Shown: positions 9,468 through 18,141 of the stretch, one piece after another
Position numbering within the stretch: the first letter of the stretch is position 1
Layout: the number at the start of each line of letters is the position of its first letter
Assembly (NCBI GenBank): GCA_964601325.1
Contig: CAZRNA010000006.1
Location: forward strand, 1 to 54,140
Source: an uncultured Candidatus Bathyarchaeia archaeon
GTDB taxonomy: Archaea; Thermoproteota; Bathyarchaeia; 40CM-2-53-6
Length of the DNA: 54,140 nt
Direction of reading: 5' to 3'
Made by a program: the position numbers and the translations under genes
The notes under the pieces: model-generated
Told to the model about the DNA's origin: nothing
Databases searched by the model: none
The model's input: the letters and a program-made list of their open reading frames with translations, nothing else

Positions 9468-10307
9468 ATGCGAACCATATCAGGGTACAAGGCTACTGTC
9501 GGTGCGCTAACCGCGATCTTCTGGAAAGGAATGAAACATTACACCAGATATCCCGGAAGCTTCGTTCTCATCCTCGTGATGCCCTTCCTGTTCACTCTGA
9601 TGATCTTCGGGATGGGGCAGTTCGTCGGCGGTTCGAATGCCTCCGCGAATTTCGCTACACGAACTGGCACCACCAACATCCTGGTCTACGAAATCCTTGG
9701 AAGCGCTGTCTGGATGATAGGTTGGGTTGTCGTCGAGGATGTTGGGGTTGCCTTAAGAGATGAGCAGATGAAAGGAACGCTTGAACAGAACTTCTTGGCA
9801 CCCGTAAACCGTTTCACGCTCTTGATCGGGCTTAGTCTGACTGACATAGCGATCACGAGCTTGGTCTTTGTCGTGGTCGTTGGGGTGACCACTATCATCA
9901 TGCTGCCCGCAGCCTTTCTGAATCTCCTGCAGGCTTTTCTGATCCTGTTGGTTGGTCTGATCCCCTTGTTTGGGATCGGGTTCCTCTTCGCCGGGTTCGT
10001 TCTCAAGTTCAAAGAGCCCTACATATTCACTCAGATCCTGAACCTTCTCTTCGCAACGCTAACAGGCACCTACTATCCAGTTACCCTCCTGCCCTACTGG
10101 GTCCAATTCCTATCCGGCGCATTACCCCAAACGTACGTAATCGAAGATATGCGTCAAATAGTCCTAGCCAACCAGACTCTCGTCAGCATCTACGGAAGCA
10201 TATTCGTGCTCCTCGTTTTGGCGCTGGCGTACCCAACATTCGGTTATGCCATTTTCAAATATCTTGAGAAGAAGGCAAGTGTGACGGGTGAATTCTCAAA
10301 ATACTAG
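9468..10307 (+). CDS. ABC-2 type transporter permease
   Basis: The ATG at 9468 lies 1 nt after the ATPase stop (TAG 9464-9466). The protein is a six-TM hydrophobic protein containing E..GTLEQ, typical of ABC-2 permeases. Confidence 0.75.
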   Translation: MRTISGYKATVGALTAIFWKGMKHYTRYPGSFVLILVMPFLFTLMIFGMGQFVGGSNASANFATRTGTTNILVYEILGSAVWMIGWVVVEDVGVALRDEQMKGTLEQNFLAPVNRFTLLIGLSLTDIAITSLVFVVVVGVTTIIMLPAAFLNLLQAFLILLVGLIPLFGIGFLFAGFVLKFKEPYIFTQILNLLFATLTGTYYPVTLLPYWVQFLSGALPQTYVIEDMRQIVLANQTLVSIYGSIFVLLVLALAYPTFGYAIFKYLEKKASVTGEFSKY

Positions 10308-11124
10308 TCCACTACTCAGGTTCGTCGCCGAATTCAGAGCGGCTTTCATGAAGGACCTGCGTTCATACGTGCGTTACCCCGCCTGGATGGTGGGCGAATT
10401 CATCAGTACACCGTTGTGGTTCTTTTTTTTCGCGCTTGGTGTGACGCTCTTCGCGCCAACGTCTCTCTCCTCCAGCCTGCCACAAGAGGGCGGAATGAGC
10501 TTCTTCTTTTTCGGATTTGTCTTCATAATCCTCTTCGGCACCGGCATGTGGGGCATAGGGCAGACCGTAAGAAACGAGCAAATGGCCGGGACATTGGAGC
10601 AGTTCTTCCTTACTCCGGCGAGCCGTGTCACGCTAATCATAGGAAGATGGGCTCGCATGTTCCTTACAGACGCGTTGATCATAGGGTACACAACCCTCCT
10701 TCTCTACCTGATTGGTGGTGGCTTTGTGACACTTAATGATCCGGCGCTCTTCGTATTCTCGCTCGGTCTCTACGAACTGGGGCTGATTGGTTTCGGGTTT
10801 CTCTTCGCAGGGTTGACCATGCGCATTAGATCCTACAATACGATTTCTAATCTCGTCTTCTTCGGTTACATGGTTTTGACTGGTGCTCTCTTTCCGATCA
10901 GCGTGATACCGGTACCTTTCCGCTACCTCTGCATGATCATTCCGTTCACGTACTTCAACGACTTGGTGCGGCATGCTGCTCTTGCGACGCCAACGATCCT
11001 GTCTGGAGCCCTTGAATATGCTATTGCAGCGTTACTGTCAGTGTGTATGCTGGCAATTGGCTTCGTCGGGTTCAAGAAGATCGAAGATGAAGCACGCATG
11101 CGCGGAACAATCGCGACGAGCTGA
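10288..11124 (+). CDS. ABC-2 type transporter permease (second, divergent paralogue)
   Basis: It overlaps the previous gene by 20 nt. It shares the RNEQMAGTLEQFFLTP motif with the first permease (RDEQMKGTLEQNFLAP) and is multi-TM. Confidence 0.7.
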   Translation: MNSQNTSPLLRFVAEFRAAFMKDLRSYVRYPAWMVGEFISTPLWFFFFALGVTLFAPTSLSSSLPQEGGMSFFFFGFVFIILFGTGMWGIGQTVRNEQMAGTLEQFFLTPASRVTLIIGRWARMFLTDALIIGYTTLLLYLIGGGFVTLNDPALFVFSLGLYELGLIGFGFLFAGLTMRIRSYNTISNLVFFGYMVLTGALFPISVIPVPFRYLCMIIPFTYFNDLVRHAALATPTILSGALEYAIAALLSVCMLAIGFVGFKKIEDEARMRGTIATS

Positions 11125-11209
11125 TTGGAAGGTCGCCGGGTTTGGTGCGTCTAGCCTCGAAATTGTTATGCATTCACACAGCGTCATATGTCTAGCAGTG
11201 TGTTGACGA

Positions 11210-11569
11210 ATGGTCAAAATAACGTATCAACCCTGGGAGGAGATTGTAATTCATGAAACAGTGGAGTATCCGTTGGCCGCGTTACTGGAGATGCAGAGTT
11301 TCGGGGCTCCGCCAGGTTCCATGGGCCGAAGTCTCATGTGGGCGAACGGGATTGCCTTCGCGTATGCTGCGATACCTGTAAGCGACGATGTTGTGGCGGA
11401 GCAGTTGAAGGGTAGGATGCATTGGGCGAGTGTTGTCTTCGCGACGATGCCCGCCTATGAGAGCGCCGTCATCCTTCAAGAGACGAATATCCGGGTCCCT
11501 GTGGTTGATGTGAGTGGCAATCCGACCCTCTATGCGGTTGCTCGGTGGCTGCGTGAGCGCGCAGCCTGA
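11210..11569 (+). CDS. hypothetical protein
   Basis: 119-aa ORF with non-repetitive, globular-looking composition, lying directly after the ABC operon. I recognise no family. Confidence 0.4.
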   Translation: MVKITYQPWEEIVIHETVEYPLAALLEMQSFGAPPGSMGRSLMWANGIAFAYAAIPVSDDVVAEQLKGRMHWASVVFATMPAYESAVILQETNIRVPVVDVSGNPTLYAVARWLRERAA

Positions 11570-11715
11570 GTTCCGCTTGCGAGCCCTAGAGAACTAGAGA
11601 GAGCAGTTGTCGAAGAGCTAGGGTTCGCGCGTTCTTTCTGTACGCACCCATATTGAGGATTTCTTCGATTTCCATGCTTGTTCACGCCACCTATCCCAGT
11701 AGTACATCAGTGTTC

Positions 11716-11723
11716 CTATATAA
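11716..11723. promoter_or_regulatory. TATA-box-like element (CTATATAA) in a convergent intergenic region
   Basis: CCTATATAAGC matches the archaeal TATA consensus. It sits about 38 bp upstream of the repeat array and has no annotated gene to serve. Confidence 0.3.
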
Positions 11724-11760
11724 GCACAGTATCGTTTTCCGACACATACCATGAGCATGG

Positions 11761-11841
11761 GGGCGTCATACACCCGAATCAGGGCGTCATACACCCGACG
11801 AACGGGTGTTATACACCCTACACAAGGTGATATACACCCGA
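11761..11841. repeat. four tandem 17-bp boxes with 21/22/21-bp phasing, each an imperfect palindrome (GGGYGT-N3-ACACCC)
   Basis: The boxes are GGGCGTCATACACCCGA at 11761 and again at 11782 (identical), GGGTGTTATACACCCTA at 11804, and AGGTGATATACACCCGA at 11825. The core ATACACCC is invariant. Confidence 0.8.
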
Positions 11842-11923
11842 GAAACACGCAAACGGAAATTGATCTCATTCGCTATCAGGCGCACAGTTGCCGAAATCGC
11901 AGGCTCGTGTTGCCCTCCGTGCT

Positions 11924-12889
11924 CTACTTGCTCAACTTTCCCAGTATCTCTGACGCCTCTAGCATCATTCCCTCAATAACTTGAGCCACCGGCTTGATCT
12001 CATGCACGAGGCCTATGCTTTGACTGCAGGGAATCACGCCTGCGTCTAAGTCGCCGCCTTCGTACATGCGTTTCGTGGCCGTTCCTGCGACGACCGACAG
12101 GATCTCCCCCAGCTCAGCCTGCTTGGATTCGAGCTCGGCCACTTTGAGTGCAGCCGGATTCTTCCAAGCGCGAACAGTGTTCCGTAGAGTGCCCAAGACT
12201 GGTAGCGTGTCCAGCTCTGTGGCTGAAGCCAAGGCTCGTTTGAGATTATCGTGAATAGGGCACTCGGTCGTGACCAGCAATCGCGTGCCGACGGTGACTC
12301 CTTCGGCGCCCAGCGCCAATGCTGCAACCAATCCCCTGCCGTCAACGATGCCGCCTGCCGCAATCACCGGAATGTTCAGCGCGTCCACGGCAGTCGGCAC
12401 CAGAACCATGGTCGTCAACCCGACTTCGCCGATGTGACCTCCTCCCTCAGTACCGAAAACGGTCACAGCTTCCACGCCAGCTTTCTGTGCGCTGAGTGCA
12501 TGGCGGACGCTGACGCATTTGTGCATCGTCTTCACGCCGCCGGCCTTCAATCGCGCGAGCAAGTCTTCCGGAGGACGATGGCCGCTCGTCTCTACTATCG
12601 GGACATGCTCTTGGAGTATGACCTCGGCGTAGAGGTCGTTATCTATGGGTCTCATGGCTGGGAAGAGGCTCAAGTTCACGCCGAACGGCTTGTTGGTCAA
12701 CTCTCTTACCCTTCGGACAGCTTGGCGGAATTCATCTTGACTTTCATACATGGCTGACGCCATCATGCCCAACGCGCCGGCGTTCGAGATGGCGGCCACG
12801 AACTCAGGTTTGGAGACATGCATCATGGTGCCGCCGACGATCGGATACTTGATGCCAAACAGTTCAGTCACACGAGTTTTTTCTAGCAT
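11924..12889 (-). CDS. NAD(P)H-dependent flavin oxidoreductase, nitronate monooxygenase / FabK-like (NMO family)
   Basis: 321 aa. The N-terminal LFGIKYPIVGGTMMHVSKPEFVAAISNAGALGMMAS and the later AAGGIVDGRG motif are typical of the 2-nitropropane dioxygenase/NMO TIM barrel. Confidence 0.8.
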   Translation of the reverse strand: MLEKTRVTELFGIKYPIVGGTMMHVSKPEFVAAISNAGALGMMASAMYESQDEFRQAVRRVRELTNKPFGVNLSLFPAMRPIDNDLYAEVILQEHVPIVETSGHRPPEDLLARLKAGGVKTMHKCVSVRHALSAQKAGVEAVTVFGTEGGGHIGEVGLTTMVLVPTAVDALNIPVIAAGGIVDGRGLVAALALGAEGVTVGTRLLVTTECPIHDNLKRALASATELDTLPVLGTLRNTVRAWKNPAALKVAELESKQAELGEILSVVAGTATKRMYEGGDLDAGVIPCSQSIGLVHEIKPVAQVIEGMMLEASEILGKLSK

Positions 12890-13285
12890 CGAATGGTTCC
12901 CAACTACACGTGTTCCAGTCTTTGGCAGGACTGTTGCTGTGATTAGAATTTCACACTTCCTATGGCGCTCGCAACGACGGTTGGCGGATCTGCTAGCAGC
13001 CCTCCCGAATCGGTCCTTGAACCGAACAAATCTTTAGCTTGAGTGTGCTTCAGGGTACTCCGGTTTCGACGAACATAGGTGAAGTCAATGCCTGCAGAGG
13101 GACAGGACACGAGCGGTCGCAAGCTCTGTTCTTTTTCCGTTTGTGGGGCGCTAGCGGATTGGTCCACAGACTTCTTTGGCGAAACCCAATACTACTGTGA
13201 CAAGCACAAACCTATGATCCCGCAATCTCTCCTCAAAAGAGTAGGCGTTTGAGTAACAAGCGACTCAGCGTAGACGAATAATCGC

Positions 13286-14485
13286 CTACGTTTCCGATGA
13301 GGTTTCTGACTGGTCCGTCTTCGGTGGCGGCTTAGCCTTCTTCTTGGTTGGCGCTTGCTCTAGTTTCTCTGGAACCGGTTCAACTGCCGCGACCGGTTTC
13401 GGTGGTGGAGCTGGGGCCGGCTTGGGTTCTCGTAGCCTCGCAATTGCGAACATGGTCAGTCCTATTCCCAGCGCGAATGCGGCGAGAATTGCTAGCACGA
13501 TCGTCGCGTACAGGATGGTGCTGTCATTTCTCCAGACCGCCCTGAGCGTGTAAGGTGAGTCCATCGTGATTACAGTGGCTGCGGAAGTCGACTCCGTATC
13601 TCCCGTCCATTTCACGAAGATCTGCTTCACACCGTAGCTGGTATCGACCTCTTGTGTGACTGAGAGCGTCGCCGAGTTCCCCGCATCATACCATCCTCCT
13701 CCTTGTACGATTCCGTAGTCGGAAGAGGCCGTGAGCAAGTACTGCGTCTTGTAATGCGCGACTGCCGTGCGAGGCGCATCCATCGTGACCTGAACCGAGT
13801 TCCCTGAGACGGGGGCGGAGTCAATCATCCATTGTTGGAAGACGTATCGGATGCCATCCCCGCCTGAAACGGACGAGGGCACAGGACCAAGCGTAACAGA
13901 GTCGGTCGGAAGATACCAACCCTCCCCAGTGGCGGATGCAATTCCCATTGGGTCGACTGAAACCTTCAGGAAGTTCTGAAGTTGATAGTTCGCGACCACG
14001 CTCTTCGCCGAGGTCATCGTCACGGTGCCGCTGGGTGAAGCTCCTGAGAAATCCCCGCTCCAGTACGAGAAGACGTAGCGTTGATTCGCGTCCTGTGGGA
14101 CAATAAGCGAAGTCACACTGAATGACGCTGCTGTTCCATCGTTGTATGTTCCTTTTCCGTTTACAGGAGCAATTCCAGCAGGATTGGTTTCGACATCGAG
14201 TTGGAACGTCTTCGTTTTCTCGTAGGTGGTTGTCGGATAGTAGTAGTATGGATAGGACCACCAGTAGTAGTCCCAGTAGTACGGGTAACACCACGAGTAG
14301 TTCCAAGGATAGCAATAGTACCAAGAATACTGCATCGGAGAACCCACAGAAGCGCCGCCTGAGAGGCTCAGAGCAGTTGATTGACTAGGTGCTCCAGATG
14401 CGACAGCTGCGTTCGGGTACGCAGCCAGCACCATCATGAGGATCAGTGCGATTTCAGCAGAAATGACCACAGAACGTCGAGCCAA
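13286..14485 (-). CDS. surface-anchored protein with repeated beta-rich (InlB B-repeat-like) modules
   Basis: It has an N-terminal signal/TM segment and three or four repeats of the pattern Y.F..W.G......T..M....V.A.Y (for example RYVFSYWSGD..TVTMTSAKSVVANY). A C-terminal TM helix is followed by a Pro/Lys-rich tail. Confidence 0.6.
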   Translation of the reverse strand: MARRSVVISAEIALILMMVLAAYPNAAVASGAPSQSTALSLSGGASVGSPMQYSWYYCYPWNYSWCYPYYWDYYWWSYPYYYYPTTTYEKTKTFQLDVETNPAGIAPVNGKGTYNDGTAASFSVTSLIVPQDANQRYVFSYWSGDFSGASPSGTVTMTSAKSVVANYQLQNFLKVSVDPMGIASATGEGWYLPTDSVTLGPVPSSVSGGDGIRYVFQQWMIDSAPVSGNSVQVTMDAPRTAVAHYKTQYLLTASSDYGIVQGGGWYDAGNSATLSVTQEVDTSYGVKQIFVKWTGDTESTSAATVITMDSPYTLRAVWRNDSTILYATIVLAILAAFALGIGLTMFAIARLREPKPAPAPPPKPVAAVEPVPEKLEQAPTKKKAKPPPKTDQSETSSET

Positions 14486-14496
14486 ACTGTCTCAAC

Positions 14497-15075
14497 TCAT
14501 TGTAACGGACTGTATATCGTATTTCTACGTTTTGCAGTTAGCATCGACCGTATCAGACCCATAGACTTGTCATGGTTCGAAATTGCGTGAGGCTGTGAAG
14601 AGCCAAGCGGGTATTCACTAGTCTGCGAGCGGGCATGATTGCGTCGGCGTATCAGGACTGTCGCGGCGAGGGCGGCGATCAACAGCATGACTGGCTGGGC
14701 CACTGATGGATACTCTGGGATCGGTTTGCCAGAGGGTTGAAGCTCGAAGTCAGCCGTCGCAATGCCTCCTGGAGTCACTATGACCGTTTTGCTTTCGGGC
14801 GTGTACGCAGGGTCAACGGAGACGGTGAGATTGTAGGATCCTGGCGCCACCCACATCATGTATGTACCGTCAGTAGTCGTGGAAACGGTGGCGGGCTCTC
14901 CCGAATTGCTTTCAGCGACGACTTGCGCCCATGGGAGCGGGCGGAGGTTTCCGTACATGTCGTACCAGTAAACGGTACCCCGGATCATGGACATCGACGC
15001 ATGTGATGGCGTGACCATCAGGGAAAACGCTGCCAAGCCTAGGACCAGGAGAAGAACGGCTGTGATTCGTTTCAT
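14497..15075 (-). CDS. secreted/anchored protein with a carboxypeptidase-regulatory-like beta-sandwich domain
   Basis: The start was moved to the ATG at 15075 (MKRITAVLLLVLGLAAFSL.., a signal peptide). The GTVYWYD....A.V......T.TD.DGTY...V.PGSYNLTV pattern matches the CarboxypepD_reg fold. It has a C-terminal TM helix with an RRR stop-transfer. Confidence 0.55.
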   Translation of the reverse strand: MKRITAVLLLVLGLAAFSLMVTPSHASMSMIRGTVYWYDMYGNLRPLPWAQVVAESNSGEPATVSTTTDGTYMMWVAPGSYNLTVSVDPAYTPESKTVIVTPGGIATADFELQPSGKPIPEYPSVAQPVMLLIAALAATVLIRRRNHARSQTSEYPLGSSQPHAISNHDKSMGLIRSMLTAKRRNTIYSPLQ

Positions 15076-15286
15076 AGCAAGGGTGCTATTCCACCTTCGA
15101 ATCATTGGATATGCCAGCTTAAGCATACGTAAGCTTACGGACACCTATAACCCTATCCGTGCTGAAACCGCCCAAGCAGTCTCCGCCTTCCCTTTGAGAT
15201 GGAGACAGGCGCACATAGCGACGTCTGCAAATGTAAAGCCCAGACGTTTCCTCTGGAAGCCGAATCTTGCGTCTGTGATCGTTGTG

Positions 15287-16069
15287 CTACATCTTGAGGT
15301 TCCATTCCGTGGTGCCGTACTTCTCCTTGACCAGAACGGGGATCATCTGCAGTTCCAGATCTGTCGCGGGGCCGGGAACGAGTTGTGTCTCGAAAATCCG
15401 CGTAAATGCATCACCTAGGGCTCTCTTGACTTGGTCGATGGGGATCTGTCGCCCTAATTCCGTCTTGACAGAGGTTACGGGGAGACGTGTGCTCTTGACG
15501 AGCGCACTTGGCATCTGGGGTTGCTCCCACCTCAGTATCTTCCATACCATCTCGAGATCCGTGCTTACCAGAACGGAGCCATGATAGAGGACGGCCCCCC
15601 AACGAATTGCACCTGCCCCTCCCGAGATCTTTCTTCCCCGAACCACTATGGTGTTGATGGGGACTCGACTCGACTTCAGGCCTAGGGTGCTAAGGCATGC
15701 AACCACACATTCGAGGCCTCGCTTGAATACCGCCTGCTGGGGGCCAAGACTCGGTGACGAGGATTTTCGAGTACATATCGAGTAGTTCAGGTTCCCTAGG
15801 TCCTGGTAGACCGCCCCGCCTCCAGTAAAGCGTCTCATAACCTCGACGCCGAGTTCCCTACAGGCGTCGAGTCGCAGCTCGGCGTTAGCGGACTGGTTCT
15901 CACCTATGACGGCTGCGTTGCGGTTTCTCCACAGACGCAGTGTTGGTGGCGACTTGCCTTCTCCCACCTGCCGCGCTATAGCTTCCTCAAGTGCCAGGTT
16001 CGAAGGAGCATCCGAGTGCTCCAAGTCGAGAAGGCGCCAGCTATCCGTTTCTCCTTCACCTCGAGACAC
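15287..16069 (-). CDS. lplA: lipoate-protein ligase A, catalytic domain only
   Basis: 260 aa. LRLWRNRNAAVIGENQ....E......C.ELGVEVMRRFTGGGAVYQDLGNLNYS and ..GRKISGGAG.. are BPL/LplA catalytic motifs. The length matches the split LplA-N type of Thermoplasma. Confidence 0.8.
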   Translation of the reverse strand: MSRGEGETDSWRLLDLEHSDAPSNLALEEAIARQVGEGKSPPTLRLWRNRNAAVIGENQSANAELRLDACRELGVEVMRRFTGGGAVYQDLGNLNYSICTRKSSSPSLGPQQAVFKRGLECVVACLSTLGLKSSRVPINTIVVRGRKISGGAGAIRWGAVLYHGSVLVSTDLEMVWKILRWEQPQMPSALVKSTRLPVTSVKTELGRQIPIDQVKRALGDAFTRIFETQLVPGPATDLELQMIPVLVKEKYGTTEWNLKM

Positions 16070-16104
16070 AAGGAATGCGAGTATGATCGGTTCTGGTGAG
16101 GCAT

Positions 16105-16896
16105 CTATTGTTTGCTTGCAAGCCCGGCCCGCAACTTGTCCACTTTCTCAGGGAGAAAGGCATACAGTTTGAATTCGCTGATGTAACGACCTATCTTTGC
16201 GATTATTCCCGGAGCGTCTGTTCCAAGCTTGCAGACAAGAGAGTTTGTTGTGAATGACAATTCTTCGATCTGGATGATGTCCCTATTCGCTTTCGAGAGA
16301 TGTATGACCTCATGCAGTTTGTCATGGGAACCGCCGACCGCGATGATTCTGTGTGTTCTTTCACGTCTCCATTGCTCAAATCGGGCAACTTGGTCATCCG
16401 AAATCCAAGCTTCAATTCGCCGACGTTCAGGATCGATAGCTTTGATCCTGACGAGTATTGGAGCGTCTTCTTGGATGCAATATGTCTGCGTCACTTTGTC
16501 TGCGGGAATGGCTTTGCCGTCGCAAAGTTGAGCGACCAACGCCTCTCTCGTTATCTCGGATTTGACATTCGTCGAGACTGGACCGATCTCGATTTCAATG
16601 CTCTGCCGCTTTGCGTTGATCCCATTCACGAAGGCCTTGAAGTTATCATCGACCTCGATTTCAGAAAGATTCTGTGGCGCGAGCCCTATTTCTTTCTTGA
16701 TCAGCTCAACGAAGAACTCGGAATCCGAGCCCTGGACTTCGGCGTTGATGAAACCGTTGCCTGTGACTCCAAGTTGTACCGAAACATCCAGACCTGAGGA
16801 GAGTTTGTTGATCTTTGCTTTGAAGACGGGCGTGAGTTCCCTTCGTGCATGATATGGAATTCTTTCAGCTATCGCCAGTCTGCCATTCATGATCAT
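16105..16896 (-). CDS. conserved archaeal hypothetical protein (possibly the DUF2110 family)
   Basis: 263 aa and soluble. It lies directly downstream of tfe with a 43-nt gap. The family name is from memory only, so it is weak. Confidence 0.45.
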   Translation of the reverse strand: MIMNGRLAIAERIPYHARRELTPVFKAKINKLSSGLDVSVQLGVTGNGFINAEVQGSDSEFFVELIKKEIGLAPQNLSEIEVDDNFKAFVNGINAKRQSIEIEIGPVSTNVKSEITREALVAQLCDGKAIPADKVTQTYCIQEDAPILVRIKAIDPERRRIEAWISDDQVARFEQWRRERTHRIIAVGGSHDKLHEVIHLSKANRDIIQIEELSFTTNSLVCKLGTDAPGIIAKIGRYISEFKLYAFLPEKVDKLRAGLASKQ

Positions 16897-16939
16897 CGGG
16901 CCTTCTGATGAGGCGAGAGAGCTGATCGTGCTAGTGGCG

Positions 16940-17461
16940 TCACTGTTTCAGCTCGTCTTCTATCTGCTTGATTCGTTTCTCCAAGAACTCCACCACGGGG
17001 GCGTTCTCGCTACTTTCAAGTTGCCCACCGCACTTGGAACACCTGAAGGACGATTCCATCGCCTCTTCGAACGTGACTCGCACATCACCGCACTTCTTGC
17101 AGATGAAGAAACTATGGTTTGTCTCGTAGTCGAGCTTGTGCTTCAATTTCTCCAGAACGCGTCTCTTTCTGCTCCTGATAAAGGCGTCCAGCTGATCCGT
17201 CTGCAGTTTCCAGTAGAAAATGAACCAGCCGGTCTTTTCGTCGCGGACTCTGGTACACGAAACCAAGCCATGGTCGTAGAATTTGTAGAGGATCTTCCTT
17301 ACCGTGTTCAGTCTCACTGTGGATTCGTTGGCAAGCATTTCGTCGGTGGCTTCACTCTTCTTCCTGAGAATGTTTATGACCGTTACCGCCTCGTCGCCGC
17401 CAAATAGACGGGCGACCTTCATCAGCTCTTCATCCAAGACTGCCATGTCAGAGCCCTTCAA
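16940..17461 (-). CDS. tfe: transcription factor E (TFE alpha, TFIIE-alpha homologue)
   Basis: It has a winged-helix N-terminal domain (..VINILRKKSEATDEMLANESTVRLNTVRKILYKFYDHGLV..) and a zinc ribbon CKKCG..x..CSKCGG. The ATG at 17446 is an alternative to the TTG at 17461. Confidence 0.85.
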   Translation of the reverse strand: MKGSDMAVLDEELMKVARLFGGDEAVTVINILRKKSEATDEMLANESTVRLNTVRKILYKFYDHGLVSCTRVRDEKTGWFIFYWKLQTDQLDAFIRSRKRRVLEKLKHKLDYETNHSFFICKKCGDVRVTFEEAMESSFRCSKCGGQLESSENAPVVEFLEKRIKQIEDELKQ

Positions 17462-17584
17462 ACGAGGCGAATACCTATCCTTTAGTGGCGTACCATTTAA
17501 TCTTCTTCCAGATTGGCCTTGCGAGCGCCTGTGAGAACCTTTTCAGCCTTGAGGCCAGACATTACTATTGGTAGGCAACATACT

Positions 17585-18133
17585 TTGGCCGAGCAGATCG
17601 TGGTCCTTCGGTTAGGACACAGAATCCCGCGCGACCTGAGGGTTACGACACATGTGTGTCTCACAGCCAGGGCCTTCGGGGCCGACGGACTCATTCTGGC
17701 GGATGTGGTCGACACCGCGCTTGAGAAGACCATTCTGGATGTGCGTAAGCGATTCGGTGGGAGTTTCTGGATTCGGATGGGCGAACCTTGGAGGCAGGCT
17801 GTGAAGGATTGGAAATCAAAGGGCGGGGAGATTGCGCATCTCACAGCATATGGAATCCCGCTACCGGAAGCGATGGAGGCGATCAACGCCTCGCCTAGAC
17901 CCAAGCTTGTGGTTGTTGGTGCAGAGAAGGTCCCAGGAGAAGTGTTCGAGGCTGCCAATTGGAATGTGGCGGTAACGAATCAGCCCATAAGCGAAGTCAG
18001 CGCACTCGCCATGTTCCTTGACAGATACTTCGGAGGCAAGCAATTCTCAAAAGAGTTCGAGAACGCAAAGCTGAGGATCATCCCATCAGCGCACGGAAAG
18101 AAAGTCGTGAACTTGGCCGAGCCTGAGGGCTAG
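17585..18133 (+). CDS. trm56: tRNA (cytidine56-2'-O)-methyltransferase aTrm56 (SPOUT)
   Basis: IVVLRLGHRIPRDLRVTTHVCLTARAFGADG...VVVGAEKVPGEVFEAANWNVAVTNQPISEVSALAMFLDR is near-colinear with Pyrococcus aTrm56. The ORF opens at 17513, but homologues start 2-4 aa before VVLRLGHR, so the TTG at 17585 is preferred. Confidence 0.8.
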   Translation: MAEQIVVLRLGHRIPRDLRVTTHVCLTARAFGADGLILADVVDTALEKTILDVRKRFGGSFWIRMGEPWRQAVKDWKSKGGEIAHLTAYGIPLPEAMEAINASPRPKLVVVGAEKVPGEVFEAANWNVAVTNQPISEVSALAMFLDRYFGGKQFSKEFENAKLRIIPSAHGKKVVNLAEPEG

Positions 18134-18141
18134 CTCAAGCG

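Noticed and set aside
6336-11700. A possible integrated element downstream of the tRNA-Val gene (a tRNA as an att site).
   Set aside because: There is no integrase or recombinase gene, I could not spot a direct repeat of the tRNA 3' end, and the gene content is ordinary (GNAT, ABC-2 exporter).
11761-11841. Possible CRISPR array.
   Set aside because: There are only four 17-bp units separated by 4-5 bp, so there are no spacer-sized inserts. There are no cas genes. The unit is palindromic like an operator.
11618-11984. An 83-aa minus-strand ORF and a 77-aa plus-strand ORF spanning the repeat array.
   Set aside because: Their sequences are dominated by translated repeat units (RVYDA.. and ASYTR.. 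duplicated). One overlaps the 3' end of the convergent NMO gene. They look like repeat artefacts, not proteins.
12890-13285. A 396-bp gap between the NMO-like gene start and the surface-protein gene end, inspected for SRP RNA, RNase P RNA, tRNA and C/D-box features.
   Set aside because: I found no conserved RNase P (GGAAAGUCC) or SRP helix-8 motif, T-loop or C/D box pair. The 74-aa minus-strand ORF looks non-coding. The region most likely holds the NMO promoter plus a terminator, and it remains unexplained.
13821-14324. A 167-aa alternative-frame ORF inside the surface-protein gene.
   Set aside because: It has Leu/Val/Arg-rich low-complexity composition and the same strand as the real gene. 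The 399-aa frame carries the signal peptide, the repeat domains and the TM anchor.
17497-17958. A 153-aa ORF antisense to trm56.
   Set aside because: trm56 is near-colinear with characterised aTrm56 proteins. The antisense product is Ser/Ala/Arg-rich with no recognisable motif.
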